From Terriglobales bacterium (lineage in GTDB: Bacteria; Acidobacteriota; Terriglobia; Terriglobales; Acidobacteriaceae), in the NCBI GenBank assembly GCA_050014035.1, contig JBEKED010000001.1:1-59448 (forward strand): a stretch of 59,448 nucleotides of DNA. The letters run 5' to 3'. The position numbers and the translations under genes are program-made. Below, one piece after another: positions 37,739 through 47,730 of the stretch. The stretch's first letter is position 1, and the number at the start of each line of letters is the position of its first letter. Below the pieces are notes generated by a model that had not been told where the DNA came from, ran no database searches, and was given only the letters and a program-made list of their open reading frames with translations.

Positions 37739-39874
37739 ATGCAGGCATTTGACGAACATTTCGACGTCGTAGTGGTCGGCGCCGGTCATGCCGGCTGCGA
37801 AGCCGCCATGGCGTCCGCTCGCATGGGTCTGAAGACCGCTCTGTTTACCTTGAATGTCGATCTGATTGCGCAGATGTCCTGTAATCCGGCGATCGGCGGC
37901 ATCGCCAAGGGCCACTTGGTGCGCGAAGTGGACGCGCTCGGCGGCATCATGGGCGAAATCACCGACGCGGTCGGAATTCAGTTCCGCCTGCTCAACACTT
38001 CGCGCGGGCCCGCCGTCTGGTCGCCGCGTGCCCAGTGCGACAAACAGGCCTATCGCCTGAAGATGCGTGAAGTGCTGGAGTCGCAATCGAATCTGAAGAT
38101 CAAACAGGCGGAAGTGGCCGATGTGATTGTTGAGTCGTTCGCTGTTCGTGGTTCGTCGTTCGCTGGTTCCGATGACGATGCGAATGGTCATCCCTCGCGA
38201 AGCGAGGAAGTTGCGAACTGCGTGCGACGAACAGGGAACGGCGAACGCATCATTACCGGCATTCTCCTTCGCGACGGCCGCCGCGTTTCCGCGAACGCGG
38301 TCATCATCACTACCGGTACTTTTCTCAATGGTCTAATCCACTGCGGAGAGCAGCAGTATCCGGCGGGGCGTTCAGGAGAGCCGGCGGCCGTTCTGCTCGG
38401 CGAGGCGCTCAAGAAGCTCGGCCTGCGCGGATGCCGGCTCAAGACCGGCACGCCTCCGCGGCTCGACGGGCGCACCATCGACTGGGCGCGCTTCGAGCGC
38501 CAGCCCGGCGATGTCGACCCGACCCCGTTCAGTTTTCGCACCCGTCGCGTCGCCCATCACGATTCGCAGGTGCCGTGCTACATCGCCTTTACCACCGAAG
38601 AAACGCATCGCATCATTCGCCAGAACGTGCACCGCTCGCCCATGTATAGCGGGCAAATTCAATCGACCGGACCGCGGTATTGTCCCTCGATAGAAGATAA
38701 GATCGTAAAGTTTCCCGACAAGCTGACGCACCAGCTTTTCCTGGAACCCGAAGGCCTGAACACCCACGAGATCTACGTCAACGGCATGAGCACCTCGCTG
38801 CCGATCGATGTGCAACTGGCAATTCTCAAGTCGATTCCCGGCCTCGACAACGCGGAGATGATGCGCCCCGGTTATGCCATTGAGTACGACTCCATCGATC
38901 CCACCGAACTGAAGCGCACGCTGGAAACGAAAAAGATTGCAGGCCTGTTTCTAGCCGGCCAGATCAATGGCACGTCGGGATACGAAGAAGCGGCCTGCCA
39001 GGGGATTATGGCGGGAATCAACGCGGCTTTGAAGACAAAGAACGAAGCGCCGCTGGTTCTTGACCGCACCGAAGGTTACACGGCGATTCTGATCGACGAT
39101 CTGATCTCGAAAGGCACCAACGAACCGTACCGGATGTTTACATCAAGGGCGGAGTTCCGCTTGCACCTGCGCATCGACAATGCCGACCGCCGGCTCACTC
39201 CGCACGGACGGCGCGTTGGCCTGATCTCGGATGAGGCCTGGTCCGAGTTTCAAACCAAGCAGCAGCGGCTGGAGGAAGTAAAGCAAGTGCTGGAGAGGAC
39301 AAAACTTACAGCCGCCGCATTGCCCGCGTGGGGACGGACGCATTCGTCCGTCCCACCTGAGCAAAGCTCAGCCGCTTTGGCTGACAACAAATCAACCTCG
39401 CACGATCTATCTGCCGCCATTGGCCAGTCGCTGGCGCAACTGCTGAAGCGTCCCGAAATTACGATCGAGCAACTGGCGCCGGTTCTTCGGGATCTCCTGC
39501 CTGGTTTTTTTGAAAGAAGTTCCTCAGCGAACTCGGCGGCCTCGGCGGTTAATGTTTCCCAGGCCCATCTCTCATCTGAAATCCACAACGAACTCAAATC
39601 CGTCGAAATTGAAATTAAGTACGCTGGATACCTCGACCAGCAGCAGCGCGCCATCGACCGTCTCAAGAAGGCCGAGCAGCGCCGCATTCCCGATTGGTTC
39701 GACTACCGCGCGGTGAGCGGGTTGTCGCGCGAAATGCAGGAAAAACTTGGTAAGGTCATCCCGCAAACGCTGGGCCAAGCCTCGCGCATTCCCGGCGTAA
39801 CCCCGGCGGCGGTTTCGTTGATCAATGTGTATATCGAGATACAGGCGCGCCGCCGGGAGCAGGCTGCGTTGTAG
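37739..39874 (+). CDS. mnmG: tRNA uridine 5-carboxymethylaminomethyl modification enzyme MnmG
   Basis: [48 protein letters not shown] and [13 protein letters not shown] are present. Several low-complexity insertions lengthen it to 711 aa. Confidence 0.95.
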   Translation: MQAFDEHFDVVVVGAGHAGCEAAMASARMGLKTALFTLNVDLIAQMSCNPAIGGIAKGHLVREVDALGGIMGEITDAVGIQFRLLNTSRGPAVWSPRAQCDKQAYRLKMREVLESQSNLKIKQAEVADVIVESFAVRGSSFAGSDDDANGHPSRSEEVANCVRRTGNGERIITGILLRDGRRVSANAVIITTGTFLNGLIHCGEQQYPAGRSGEPAAVLLGEALKKLGLRGCRLKTGTPPRLDGRTIDWARFERQPGDVDPTPFSFRTRRVAHHDSQVPCYIAFTTEETHRIIRQNVHRSPMYSGQIQSTGPRYCPSIEDKIVKFPDKLTHQLFLEPEGLNTHEIYVNGMSTSLPIDVQLAILKSIPGLDNAEMMRPGYAIEYDSIDPTELKRTLETKKIAGLFLAGQINGTSGYEEAACQGIMAGINAALKTKNEAPLVLDRTEGYTAILIDDLISKGTNEPYRMFTSRAEFRLHLRIDNADRRLTPHGRRVGLISDEAWSEFQTKQQRLEEVKQVLERTKLTAAALPAWGRTHSSVPPEQSSAALADNKSTSHDLSAAIGQSLAQLLKRPEITIEQLAPVLRDLLPGFFERSSSANSAASAVNVSQAHLSSEIHNELKSVEIEIKYAGYLDQQQRAIDRLKKAEQRRIPDWFDYRAVSGLSREMQEKLGKVIPQTLGQASRIPGVTPAAVSLINVYIEIQARRREQAAL

Positions 39875-39910
39875 CCTGCCGTAACCGCAACCCGCGCTTC
39901 GAGACGAAAC

Positions 39911-40498
39911 TCAGATGCGGGGCATGTTGCTCGTGCCTTGGCGTAGGGCGGAGAAGCCTTGCCATGCGATCCACGCGGCGGTGGCCCACAGCAGCAACCC
40001 GAAAGATAACCCCACTACTCTTTGGCGAAGGATGTCATCGGCCGCAAAAGCACCGGCGAGGGCAATCACGCAGCCCAGGAATCCCGTCACGTGGTAGATC
40101 GGCGCCCTGAACAACGGCGCCAATGGGAAGAAATGAACGCCGACAATGAGGGCGATCGCACACGGGATGTAGCCGGGATAATGGATGACATTCAACCCGG
40201 CCACGGCCACAATAATCGCAGCCGTTTCCAGACCAAAAATCAGGCCGAAGCGCCGCCCTGTCGCGCGGAAGGCCGCTATCTGGTCAGGGGTCGGGGGAAC
40301 TGTGTCGCGCGGCAGCCGTGTGGTCAGAAAACCCAGTGTCGCGACCGACACTCCCAGGGCGATGCCCGCGAGAAGAAGCGAAAGCCGCAAACCTGTGGAC
40401 GAGGCTGCGACCAGCAGTCCTATCAGCAGCCAGACGATGCCAAAGCCGAACATGATGCTGGCGCCGGTGGTCATTCCGATTAATACATTTCGATCCAT
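39911..40498 (-). CDS. Integral membrane protein (about 6 TM), unknown family
   Basis: 195-aa ORF made almost entirely of hydrophobic spans. Confidence 0.6.
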   Translation of the reverse strand: MDRNVLIGMTTGASIMFGFGIVWLLIGLLVAASSTGLRLSLLLAGIALGVSVATLGFLTTRLPRDTVPPTPDQIAAFRATGRRFGLIFGLETAAIIVAVAGLNVIHYPGYIPCAIALIVGVHFFPLAPLFRAPIYHVTGFLGCVIALAGAFAADDILRQRVVGLSFGLLLWATAAWIAWQGFSALRQGTSNMPRI

Positions 40499-40517
40499 AT
40501 TCCAATCTGGCCCTGGT

Positions 40518-41468
40518 TCAGCGCGCTGCCGCCTTTCCCAGGGCGGATCTTAGTTCCTCGTACGAGAGCGTTCCCGGATGATACATCGCCACTTTCCCGG
40601 CGCGATTCAGGACTACCAGGGTCGGTGTCGTGCTGGCTCCGTAAGCATTGAAATTTTGTTTGCTCAGAGGAACCGGCATATCGGTCAGGCTGGCGTAGTA
40701 GCGGCTGCGAACGGACTCAATATACGCTCGCTCCTGATCAGGCGAGACATCGACCCCTTGTGCCGCGTAGCCGTAGAGTTGAGTGGGACCGATCACGACG
40801 AGGCCCTCGGGGGCGAACTCCTGCCGCAAGCGCGCGATTACCGGGACTTCGGCTTTGCAGTCCACACACCAATGCGCCCAGAAAAACAGAAGAACGGGCG
40901 ATCCTTTCAGCGATGCCAGCGTCGCTGGCTTTGGTCCAAGATACTGAGTGACTTGTAATGGAGGCGCAGGTTGTCCGACCAGAACGAGCAGGTTGAGATT
41001 CTTCTGCAGCCGAGCCCGTATGGATGTATTCCCGTAGCGCGCCAAAGCCGTGCGAAGCAAGCTGATCGCCTTGACCCGCTCCCCTTTCGCTGCCCTTTCC
41101 TGGGCAAGGACCTCATAGGCAGCGCCGACGGCCACAGGGAGATGCGGTTCGGCGTCGAGTTTGCGTTTGGTGGTGGTGAGTTGCTGCTCTGAGAGAGTGC
41201 GCGTCTCAGTGGCGTAGGCAGCGGCTTGATCCCACTGCTGGACCGCGGCCGCTGCACGCGCCATCCATGACAAGGCCTCGAGATATTCGGGTGTAACCCC
41301 GTGCGCAGCCTTATAAGTCCGAAGTTCTGATTCCGCCACCGAGAACGAATTCTGCGCCAGGTGAGCGCGAACATCCCCGACTAGGTCCGTCTCAGCGACG
41401 ATCGATGCAACTAAAACACAGAACCCCGCCAACGCGAGGCTCCATTTCCCCATTCGAACACGCATCAT
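40518..41468 (-). CDS. TlpA-like thiol:disulfide oxidoreductase with a TPR-like N-terminal region
   Basis: Signal peptide. C-terminal thioredoxin fold with LLFFWAHWCVDCKAE (CxxC). Confidence 0.8.
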   Translation of the reverse strand: MMRVRMGKWSLALAGFCVLVASIVAETDLVGDVRAHLAQNSFSVAESELRTYKAAHGVTPEYLEALSWMARAAAAVQQWDQAAAYATETRTLSEQQLTTTKRKLDAEPHLPVAVGAAYEVLAQERAAKGERVKAISLLRTALARYGNTSIRARLQKNLNLLVLVGQPAPPLQVTQYLGPKPATLASLKGSPVLLFFWAHWCVDCKAEVPVIARLRQEFAPEGLVVIGPTQLYGYAAQGVDVSPDQERAYIESVRSRYYASLTDMPVPLSKQNFNAYGASTTPTLVVLNRAGKVAMYHPGTLSYEELRSALGKAAAR

Positions 41469-41509
41469 TTGATAATGAATGAGGCCTCGTGAAGTTGCAA
41501 ACCGAGAGC

Positions 41510-41872
41510 TCAGGCGGCAATCGCGTATCGGCCATCAAACTGGGCCAGAACGCTCATCATTTCGTGGAAGGAAACAATTTCAAAGTTAAGAATGGAGCGG
41601 TTCTGGACCAATCCCTCCAAAACCGGTTTGGAGGGGCGATACAGTTTCAAGCGAATGTCATGTTCACGTGTCCAGCGCTCCAGAAAGGCGAGCATCCCCA
41701 GGCCGCCGCCACTCATTGCCTCGACTTCGGAAAGATCCAACGTAATGATGCTGGAATCCTCCTGCGCCAGCACTGTATCGCGAAGCTTAAAAACCGTATC
41801 GCTGCGCGTGATCCTGCCCTTGCACTCAATTACCGCCAGGTCACTGATGTTCTCGACGTGTATGGACATCAT
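41510..41872 (-). CDS. STAS-domain protein (anti-sigma-factor antagonist-like)
   Basis: VIECKGRITRSDTVFKLRD ... ITLDLSEVEAMSGGGLGMLAFL. I set the start at MMSIHVEN. Confidence 0.75.
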   Translation of the reverse strand: MMSIHVENISDLAVIECKGRITRSDTVFKLRDTVLAQEDSSIITLDLSEVEAMSGGGLGMLAFLERWTREHDIRLKLYRPSKPVLEGLVQNRSILNFEIVSFHEMMSVLAQFDGRYAIAA

Positions 41873-41999
41873 AAAGACCCCTCCGCACCGACTGGAAAGC
41901 ACGAACCCTGCCAAAGGTGATAAGCCTTATTTTTCAATTTGATGCGAAAACGCAACCGACGGTTAACTGGGAACTTTTGGGAGGAGTGGGAGCAACGTA

Positions 42000-42239
42000 T
42001 TCCTACAGAAAACACTGTATAAGGAGACCGCTGCAGGACGGATTACTGGTGTAATAATAGAATTTTCTAGCCATTTACCATCAATTATGTACAATTTAGG
42101 TGCGTTTGATGTTTGCGGTTCGTTAGCAGTGCTCTGCTCTACAGCTTGACCTGCCTTACGGCGTGATCTGCGTGAGCGTGATCTGCACTATCCTGCGAGC
42201 TCCAGCGCTACTTCAACACCAAAGGAACACAGCAACATC
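42000..42239 (+). promoter_or_regulatory. Long csp 5' leader region (promoter plus structured UTR, inferred)
   Basis: A 320-bp gap lies upstream of the cold-shock gene. It has a TACAAT box at about 42092 and a direct repeat GCGTGATCTGC x2 (42161-42188). Long structured leaders are typical of cspA-type genes. Confidence 0.35.
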
Positions 42240-42440
42240 ATGGAAACAGGAACAGTAAAGTGGTTTAACGATGCCAAGGGCTATGGTTTTATCAGCCGCC
42301 AGAATGGCGAGGACGTTTTCGTTCACTTCTCCGCCATCCAGGCAAACGGCTTTCGCAGCCTGCAGGAAGGTCAACAAGTTCAGTTCGACGTAGTGAAAGG
42401 CCCCAAGGGCTGGCAGGCGGAGAACGTCAAAGGCGTCTAG
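42240..42440 (+). CDS. Cold-shock protein (CspA family)
   Basis: [15 protein letters not shown] ... DVFVHFSAI are the RNP1/RNP2 motifs. Confidence 0.96.
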   Translation: METGTVKWFNDAKGYGFISRQNGEDVFVHFSAIQANGFRSLQEGQQVQFDVVKGPKGWQAENVKGV

Positions 42441-42463
42441 ACCACAATTACAATTCGGGAAAG

Positions 42464-42495
42464 AAAGCGGCCGGCACAGGCCGCTTTTCTTTTTG
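42464..42495 (+). terminator. Rho-independent terminator of csp
   Basis: AAAGCGGCC-ggcaca-GGCCGCTTT followed by TCTTTTT. Confidence 0.85.
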
Positions 42496-42535
42496 ATTGA
42501 ATGCGAGGATGAACGCCCGCAGCTAGAATCCTCGC

Positions 42536-42582
42536 GTAGGGACAGACGCCCTCGTCTGTCCAGCCGAGCGAAGCTCGGCAGC
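42536..42582 (+). repeat. Double-hairpin REP-like element, intergenic copy
   Basis: GGACAGACG-ccct-CGTCTGTCC, then GCCGAGC-gaa-GCTCGGC. Same element as inside selD (33430), with compensatory stem changes. Confidence 0.8.
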
Positions 42583-42620
42583 GGCCCGCGCCATGGCCAA
42601 CTCTCTGGGTGAGATGCCGC

Positions 42621-42965
42621 TCACGCCGCCTGTTCCGCTTCGGCGATTGTTCCGTAGAAGCGAAAAAAGCCTTCCACCCGCGTGACCTCGAGAGCCTGAT
42701 GGATGCGCTGATTCACACCGACTAATCCGAGGCTACGCCCATCGTGTTGCCGTGTGACATAGGCCCCGACCAGCGCCCCGATTCCTGCAGAATCCGCCAA
42801 AGGCACTGCAGTGAAGTCCAGAATGAGTGCACGCGAGTGGTTGGCACGCACTTTGGATTGAAACCCGAATACGTTGGGAAGCGTTAGAGGTCCCGATAGG
42901 CGCAGGATTTGGATTCCCTCCCGCGACCCGGGAATATCTTCGATTTGCAAGGGCTGATCGGGCAT
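42621..42965 (-). CDS. STAS-domain protein (anti-sigma-factor antagonist-like)
   Basis: ILRLSGPLTLPNVFGFQSKV ... LILDFTAVPLADSAGIGALVG. I set the start at MPDQPL (42965). Confidence 0.75.
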   Translation of the reverse strand: MPDQPLQIEDIPGSREGIQILRLSGPLTLPNVFGFQSKVRANHSRALILDFTAVPLADSAGIGALVGAYVTRQHDGRSLGLVGVNQRIHQALEVTRVEGFFRFYGTIAEAEQAA

Positions 42966-43061
42966 GTGAGAACTGTTAACGGTGAATGACACAGTAAATG
43001 TTAAAAACACTTGCGGGCTGCGGGATTTCGGATTGCTCGACGCTCTCCTGCGCGAGCCTTG

Positions 43062-44447
43062 CTATTCTCCGCCCACGGTGAGTCCGTCAATTCGAATCGT
43101 TGGCGAGGCTACGCTGCCTCGGAATTCCAGGTCGCTCGCGATCTCCGAGATGTTGCAGAACATTTCTTTGAGATTGCCGGCTACCGTAATCTCCTCTACC
43201 GGGTACGCCAGTTCGCCGTTGACGATCCACATGCCGGAGGCGCCGCGGGAGTAGTCACCGGTGACCAGATTGGCGCCGTGCCCCAGAAATTCAGTTACAT
43301 ATAGGCCGTCTTTGATGTCCGCAATAATCTGGTTCGGCGTTTTCGTTCCTGGTTCGAGGAAATAATTTCCCGGTCCAATGCCGGGAGTCCCAGCGAGTCC
43401 GCGAGAGGCATTGGCGGTGGTTTCCAGTCCCAACTTCTTCGCCGTGTAGGTATTAAGCAGATACGATTTCAGGATGCCGTTCTCAATCACCACCGTGCGG
43501 CGCGCGGGAATGCCTTCGCCATCGAAAGGCGCCGTGCCGAAACCGCCGGGCATAGTGCCGTCGTCGATAACGGTGACGTTCGTTCCGGCAATCTTCTCGC
43601 CCAGCTTGCCTGCCAGGAACGAGGCTCCGCGATAGACCGAATCTCCGTTCACGCCCTCGAAGATGTGTTCGAGCATGGATCTAGCGACCATGGGATCGAG
43701 CACGACCGGAACATGCGCGGTTTTCACTTTGCGCGCACCCAGACGACGCAGGGTGCGGCGCGCCGCCTCTTTCCCAACTTGCTCCGCCGAGTCGAGTTTC
43801 GCCAGACTTCGCGCCACCGAATACCAGTAATCGCGCTGCATCCCGCCCCTTTCATCCTGTGCGATAGGCACGGCAGCGACCGAGCAGTACGACCGCCGGT
43901 ATTCGCCGACGAAGCCATGAGAATTCGCCAGCACTTTTCTGCCAGTCGCGGCATCGAACGATCCCCCCTCGGAGTTCTTGATGCGGGGATCGGCGTCGAG
44001 CGCGGCCTTTTCTGCGCGCCGCGCATAATCAATGCGATCGGGTCCGGGTAGTGAGTATACGTCCTCGTAATAAAGCTGGAGGTCGCCGGAAAGGGATCCG
44101 AGCTTGCCAGCTTCGGGAATTCCGGCGTAGGGATCCTCGGAACAGATCTTCGCCAGTTCGAGCGCCGACTTCAGCATGCGCTCGATACCGGCGGCCGAAA
44201 AGTCGCTGGAGTACGTGCTGGCGGCGCGCTGTCCAAAGAAAACGCGCACGCCGATGGCGCGCGAGCCCGACTCTTTCAGCGTTTCAACCTGGCCCAGCCT
44301 TACCACTGTGGAGAACTCGTCGCCTTCGCGGACGACGCACTCCGCAGCGGTAGCGCCGCCTTGCATGGCGCGGTGGACTACGTCGGTGGCTAGCTGATCG
44401 AGATCAGTTGCCGTTTGCTGATCGCTGGTTGCTTCAGTACTTGGCAT
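43062..44447 (-). CDS. pmbA: TldD/PmbA-family metalloprotease, PmbA type
   Basis: 461-aa ORF with the PmbA-like N-terminus (GATAAECVVREGDEFSTVVRLGQVETLKES) and a C-terminus ending GSVASPTIRIDGLTVGG. Confidence 0.88.
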   Translation of the reverse strand: MPSTEATSDQQTATDLDQLATDVVHRAMQGGATAAECVVREGDEFSTVVRLGQVETLKESGSRAIGVRVFFGQRAASTYSSDFSAAGIERMLKSALELAKICSEDPYAGIPEAGKLGSLSGDLQLYYEDVYSLPGPDRIDYARRAEKAALDADPRIKNSEGGSFDAATGRKVLANSHGFVGEYRRSYCSVAAVPIAQDERGGMQRDYWYSVARSLAKLDSAEQVGKEAARRTLRRLGARKVKTAHVPVVLDPMVARSMLEHIFEGVNGDSVYRGASFLAGKLGEKIAGTNVTVIDDGTMPGGFGTAPFDGEGIPARRTVVIENGILKSYLLNTYTAKKLGLETTANASRGLAGTPGIGPGNYFLEPGTKTPNQIIADIKDGLYVTEFLGHGANLVTGDYSRGASGMWIVNGELAYPVEEITVAGNLKEMFCNISEIASDLEFRGSVASPTIRIDGLTVGGE

Positions 44448-44470
44448 TGGATTTGATTACAGAAACTGCA

Positions 44471-44497
44471 GATCCCTCGCTTCACTCGGGATGACAA
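44471..44497 (-). repeat. Short repeat family C, copy 1
   Basis: Minus strand reads TTGTCATCCCGAGTGAAGCGAGGGATC. The related copy at 51816..51844 reads TTGTCATCCTGAGCGAAGCGAAGGACCTG. Confidence 0.65.
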
Positions 44498-44511
44498 ACT
44501 AGAACACAGCT

Positions 44512-45899
44512 TCACTGCATGAATCCGCCGGTTTCCCGTTTGGCGGTGCCGCCGACGGTCATCCGGTCGATTTTAATGGTCGGTATGCCGACGCCGACGG
44601 GAACTGCTTGTCCATCTTTGCCGCATGTGCCGACACCTTCATCGAGTTTTAGATCGTTGCCGACCATGGATACTCGCGTCAGCACATCGGGTCCGTTGCC
44701 GATCAGGGTTGCGCCTTTGATCGGAGCCGTGATCTGTCCGTCTTCTATGAGATACGCTTCCGATGCGGAGAAAACAAACTTGCCATTGGTGATATCTACT
44801 TGCCCGCCGCCGAAGTTCACCGCGTAAACGCCATTCTTCACCGAACGAATAATGTCTCCAGGATCGTCTTGCCCGGCCAGCATGTAGGTGTTCGTCATGC
44901 GTGGCATCGGAATGTGCTCGTAGCTTTCACGCCGTCCGTTACCGGTATCGGCCAGACCCATCAACTTCGATGAAAGCTTGTCGCTGAGATATCCCTTCAG
45001 AATTCCATTTTCGATCAGTACGGTTTCCTGAGTAGGCTGGCCTTCATCATCGACATTCAAGGACCCGCGACGCCACGGCATGGTGCCATTGTCGACCACC
45101 GTGCATTTTTCGCTGGCCACTCGTTTGCCGATCAGCCCGGCGAATGCCGACGTCTTCTTGCGATTGAAGTCGGCCTCCAACCCGTGGCCGACGGCTTCGT
45201 GCAACAGAACACCGGGCCATCCTGGACCGAGCACCACTTCCATGTCTCCGGCTGGAGCCTCGCGGGCGTCGAGTTGCAGAATCGCCCGCCGCCCGACGTT
45301 CCACGTCCCGAATTTGCGTCGGTCTTTGCGATACAGGAAACATTCATGCGTGCCAGCGGCTGCGAATCCTCCGCAAACGTGCCGTCGGAGCCGACCACCA
45401 GAATGGTTCTCAATTCGTCGGCGTAGCTGGCACGCACTTCCTTGATTCGCGGGTCGTATCCGCGCGCAGTGCGGTCGGCGCGCATCAACAGTTCGACCTT
45501 GGCGGTAATGTCCGCGTCGACTGACGGCATGGCTACTGGATACAAGCTGCGAGCCGGCTTCTGCTGGAATCCAGCGACTGTCGACTTGGCCGGAGCGCTG
45601 GCGATCAGCGCCGCGGTGCGCGCAGCATGGAGAATACGCTGCGGAGAAAGATCGTCCGTGTAAGCGTAGCCGGTGCGCTCTCCGGAAACGACGCGCACGC
45701 CGCACCCCGCCGAAATTCCCTGCGAGGCCGATTTCACCAGCGACTCATCCACCATCAGCGAGGTCGAGGTCAGGTATTCGAAATAGAGATCGGCGTAGTC
45801 GCCACCAGCCGAGAGCGCCGCAGCCAAGTAAGTCTCAAGGTCGTGGTTAGTAAGTCCGTAGTGCTCGAAGAAAAAATGTTTCTGATTGGCAATCACCAT
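44512..45899 (-). pseudogene. tldD: tldD metalloprotease, split across two frames (frameshift/deletion near 45280-45295)
   Basis: The N-terminal part is in the frame of ORF 45132..45899 (GDYADLYFEY ... [11 protein letters not shown]). The C-terminal part is in the frame of ORF 44512..45705 ([34 protein letters not shown] ... GNGRRESY ... PRMTNTY ... CGKDGQ). The two frames overlap only at GGGCGGCGGGCGATTC. Confidence 0.7.
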
Positions 45900-46084
45900 A
45901 CTTTGGATGCCCTTGCCTCACAAACGATTCGCAGTGCTTACTGCATTATCCCATGAGGCGAGGCGCGTGAGTCCGCGGAGTGAGATTACGGAAGTGAAGC
46001 TGCCTCGCACCGGCACAAAACCAAACAATTTTGCGGCCCATGGATCACTGACGCCGTATCGGGCAAGGCGAATAATACTGACTT

Positions 46085-47623
46085 GTGACCCCAGAATCGC
46101 TCAGCCAGATGCTCTCCGATTTTCTCAACGGCGCACGTGTCGCCGTGGTTGTGGAAGACAGCACCATCGTGTTCGATCTGGCGGAGTCAAAGTATTCGAT
46201 TTCCGGCGAGTACAACAAATGCCTGCTGCACCTCTGGTCGCATGAGCGGAATATCGTGCGCCGCGTGCTGGATGCAGATATGAAGGCCACTACGCTTCGG
46301 TTGCAGGTCCAGCGCATGGGGCAGAATCGGCCAACTCGGCTCGACTTCTGCCGCGATCGCGATCAGCGGTCGCCTGCGGCGCGACGAGGTGCGCGCGTCG
46401 CCTACGAACCTCGGTTGCGGCGGGCGCTCGAGAAAAATCTCCCTGCATGGACCGTGGTCCGGCTCACTACCAGTATCGATCTCGAACACTCCTTCGGTCC
46501 CGCCTGCTTGCGCGGCTGGCTGCGGAAGGGGCAGCGCGCTCTCGCCGTCGTTGGAATCAACGACCAAGAATCGCAGGCGACTGTCGATGGCGCGCTGACC
46601 TGCGGAATTCTTTGGCTCGAGGCGTGCCGCTTGGCACAGCGGGAGCGTCGCGTCGTCGAAGGGCTGGTTCTGATTGTGCCAAATGGCATGGTTGCATTGA
46701 CCCGGCAGCGCATGGCGCATCTGCATCCCACAGCGGCGAAATGGTACTTGTACGAATTCGACCAGCGGGAGGATGCGCTGGTTCCGGTCGATCTCGGCGA
46801 TTGCGGCAACCTGGCAACCCGGCTGGTCCATTCCTTTGATGAGGGGCTGACGCGCGAACGCTTTGCGGAATCCATGGTGCGCATTGGGGGCATCCTGCCG
46901 CAAGCGGAAGTCGTCGTGATCTCTCCCGCGTTGATTTCGTTCCGAAGGCATGGCCTGGAATTTGCCCAAGCGCGGATTGCGCACGATCCGACAAATTTCC
47001 AAAGCAGTGAGGAAATCGTGTTTGGCGTGGGTCCGGAAGAGCGCGTTCTCAACTCGGAGAACGAAACCCAGTTTGCCGATCTGGTGCGACTGGCCGCGGC
47101 GGTCCGGCACAAGGACGGTCCTAAGAACCACGCGCTGTGGCGCATGCATCCGGAGCGCTGGCTGGAATCGCTGGTCGTCCGCGACATCGCGGCGCTTGAC
47201 GGCCGGCTGCGATCGGAGTTCGTGTACGCCCAAGTGCCCGCATTCGCCGCCGCGGACCGAGCCATGATTGACATTCTGGCTGAAACGCGCGAGGCCCGCC
47301 TGGCCGTCATCGAACTCAAAGCCGACGAGGATATCCATCTTCCCCTGCAGGGGGTGGATTACTGGTCGCGCGTTGCCTGGCACCAGAGTCGCGGAGAATT
47401 TGCGCAATTTGGTTATTTTCCCGGACGCGTGATCTCGCCGCTGAAGCCTCTACTCCTGCTGGTCGCGCCCGCTCTGCGCCTTCATCCCACGACCGACACA
47501 ATCCTGCGTTATCTGTCGCCCGAGATCGACTGGGAAGTGCTGGGAATTGACGAGCACTGGCGGGAGGAGATTCGGGTTGTGTTCCGGAAGCGGCCAGAGC
47601 GCGCGCCGGTTCGTGCCGCTTAG
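46085..47623 (+). CDS. Hypothetical 512-aa protein with a C-terminal PD-(D/E)XK nuclease-like motif
   Basis: Long ORF with ordinary composition. The C-terminal segment MIDILAETREARLAVIELKADEDIHLPLQGVDYW fits a D ... E-x-K restriction-endonuclease-fold core. Confidence 0.65.
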   Translation: MTPESLSQMLSDFLNGARVAVVVEDSTIVFDLAESKYSISGEYNKCLLHLWSHERNIVRRVLDADMKATTLRLQVQRMGQNRPTRLDFCRDRDQRSPAARRGARVAYEPRLRRALEKNLPAWTVVRLTTSIDLEHSFGPACLRGWLRKGQRALAVVGINDQESQATVDGALTCGILWLEACRLAQRERRVVEGLVLIVPNGMVALTRQRMAHLHPTAAKWYLYEFDQREDALVPVDLGDCGNLATRLVHSFDEGLTRERFAESMVRIGGILPQAEVVVISPALISFRRHGLEFAQARIAHDPTNFQSSEEIVFGVGPEERVLNSENETQFADLVRLAAAVRHKDGPKNHALWRMHPERWLESLVVRDIAALDGRLRSEFVYAQVPAFAAADRAMIDILAETREARLAVIELKADEDIHLPLQGVDYWSRVAWHQSRGEFAQFGYFPGRVISPLKPLLLLVAPALRLHPTTDTILRYLSPEIDWEVLGIDEHWREEIRVVFRKRPERAPVRAA

Positions 47624-47629
47624 AACTTG

Positions 47630-47721
47630 TTCACCGCCGAGACGCCGAGTGCGCCGAGAAAACCTTTTGGGGCTCTCGTGTTTGAACTTGGCCAAGAGTT
47701 TCTCGGCGTCTCGGCGGTGAA
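47630..47721. repeat. Perfect 20-bp inverted repeat formed by two triple-word elements (word GCCGAG); likely bidirectional terminator
   Basis: TTCACCGCCGAGACGCCGAG (47630-47649) pairs with CTCGGCGTCTCGGCGGTGAA (47702-47721). It lies between convergent genes ending at 47623 and 47731. Confidence 0.8.
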
Positions 47722-47730
47722 ACAGACTTC

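Noticed and set aside
37739-39874. MnmG at 711 aa is about 80 aa longer than usual, suggesting a possible extra domain.
   Set aside because: The extra length comes from several short Ser/Ala/Gly-rich low-complexity inserts (for example [20 protein letters not shown] and [14 protein letters not shown]) between conserved blocks. It is not a contiguous new domain.
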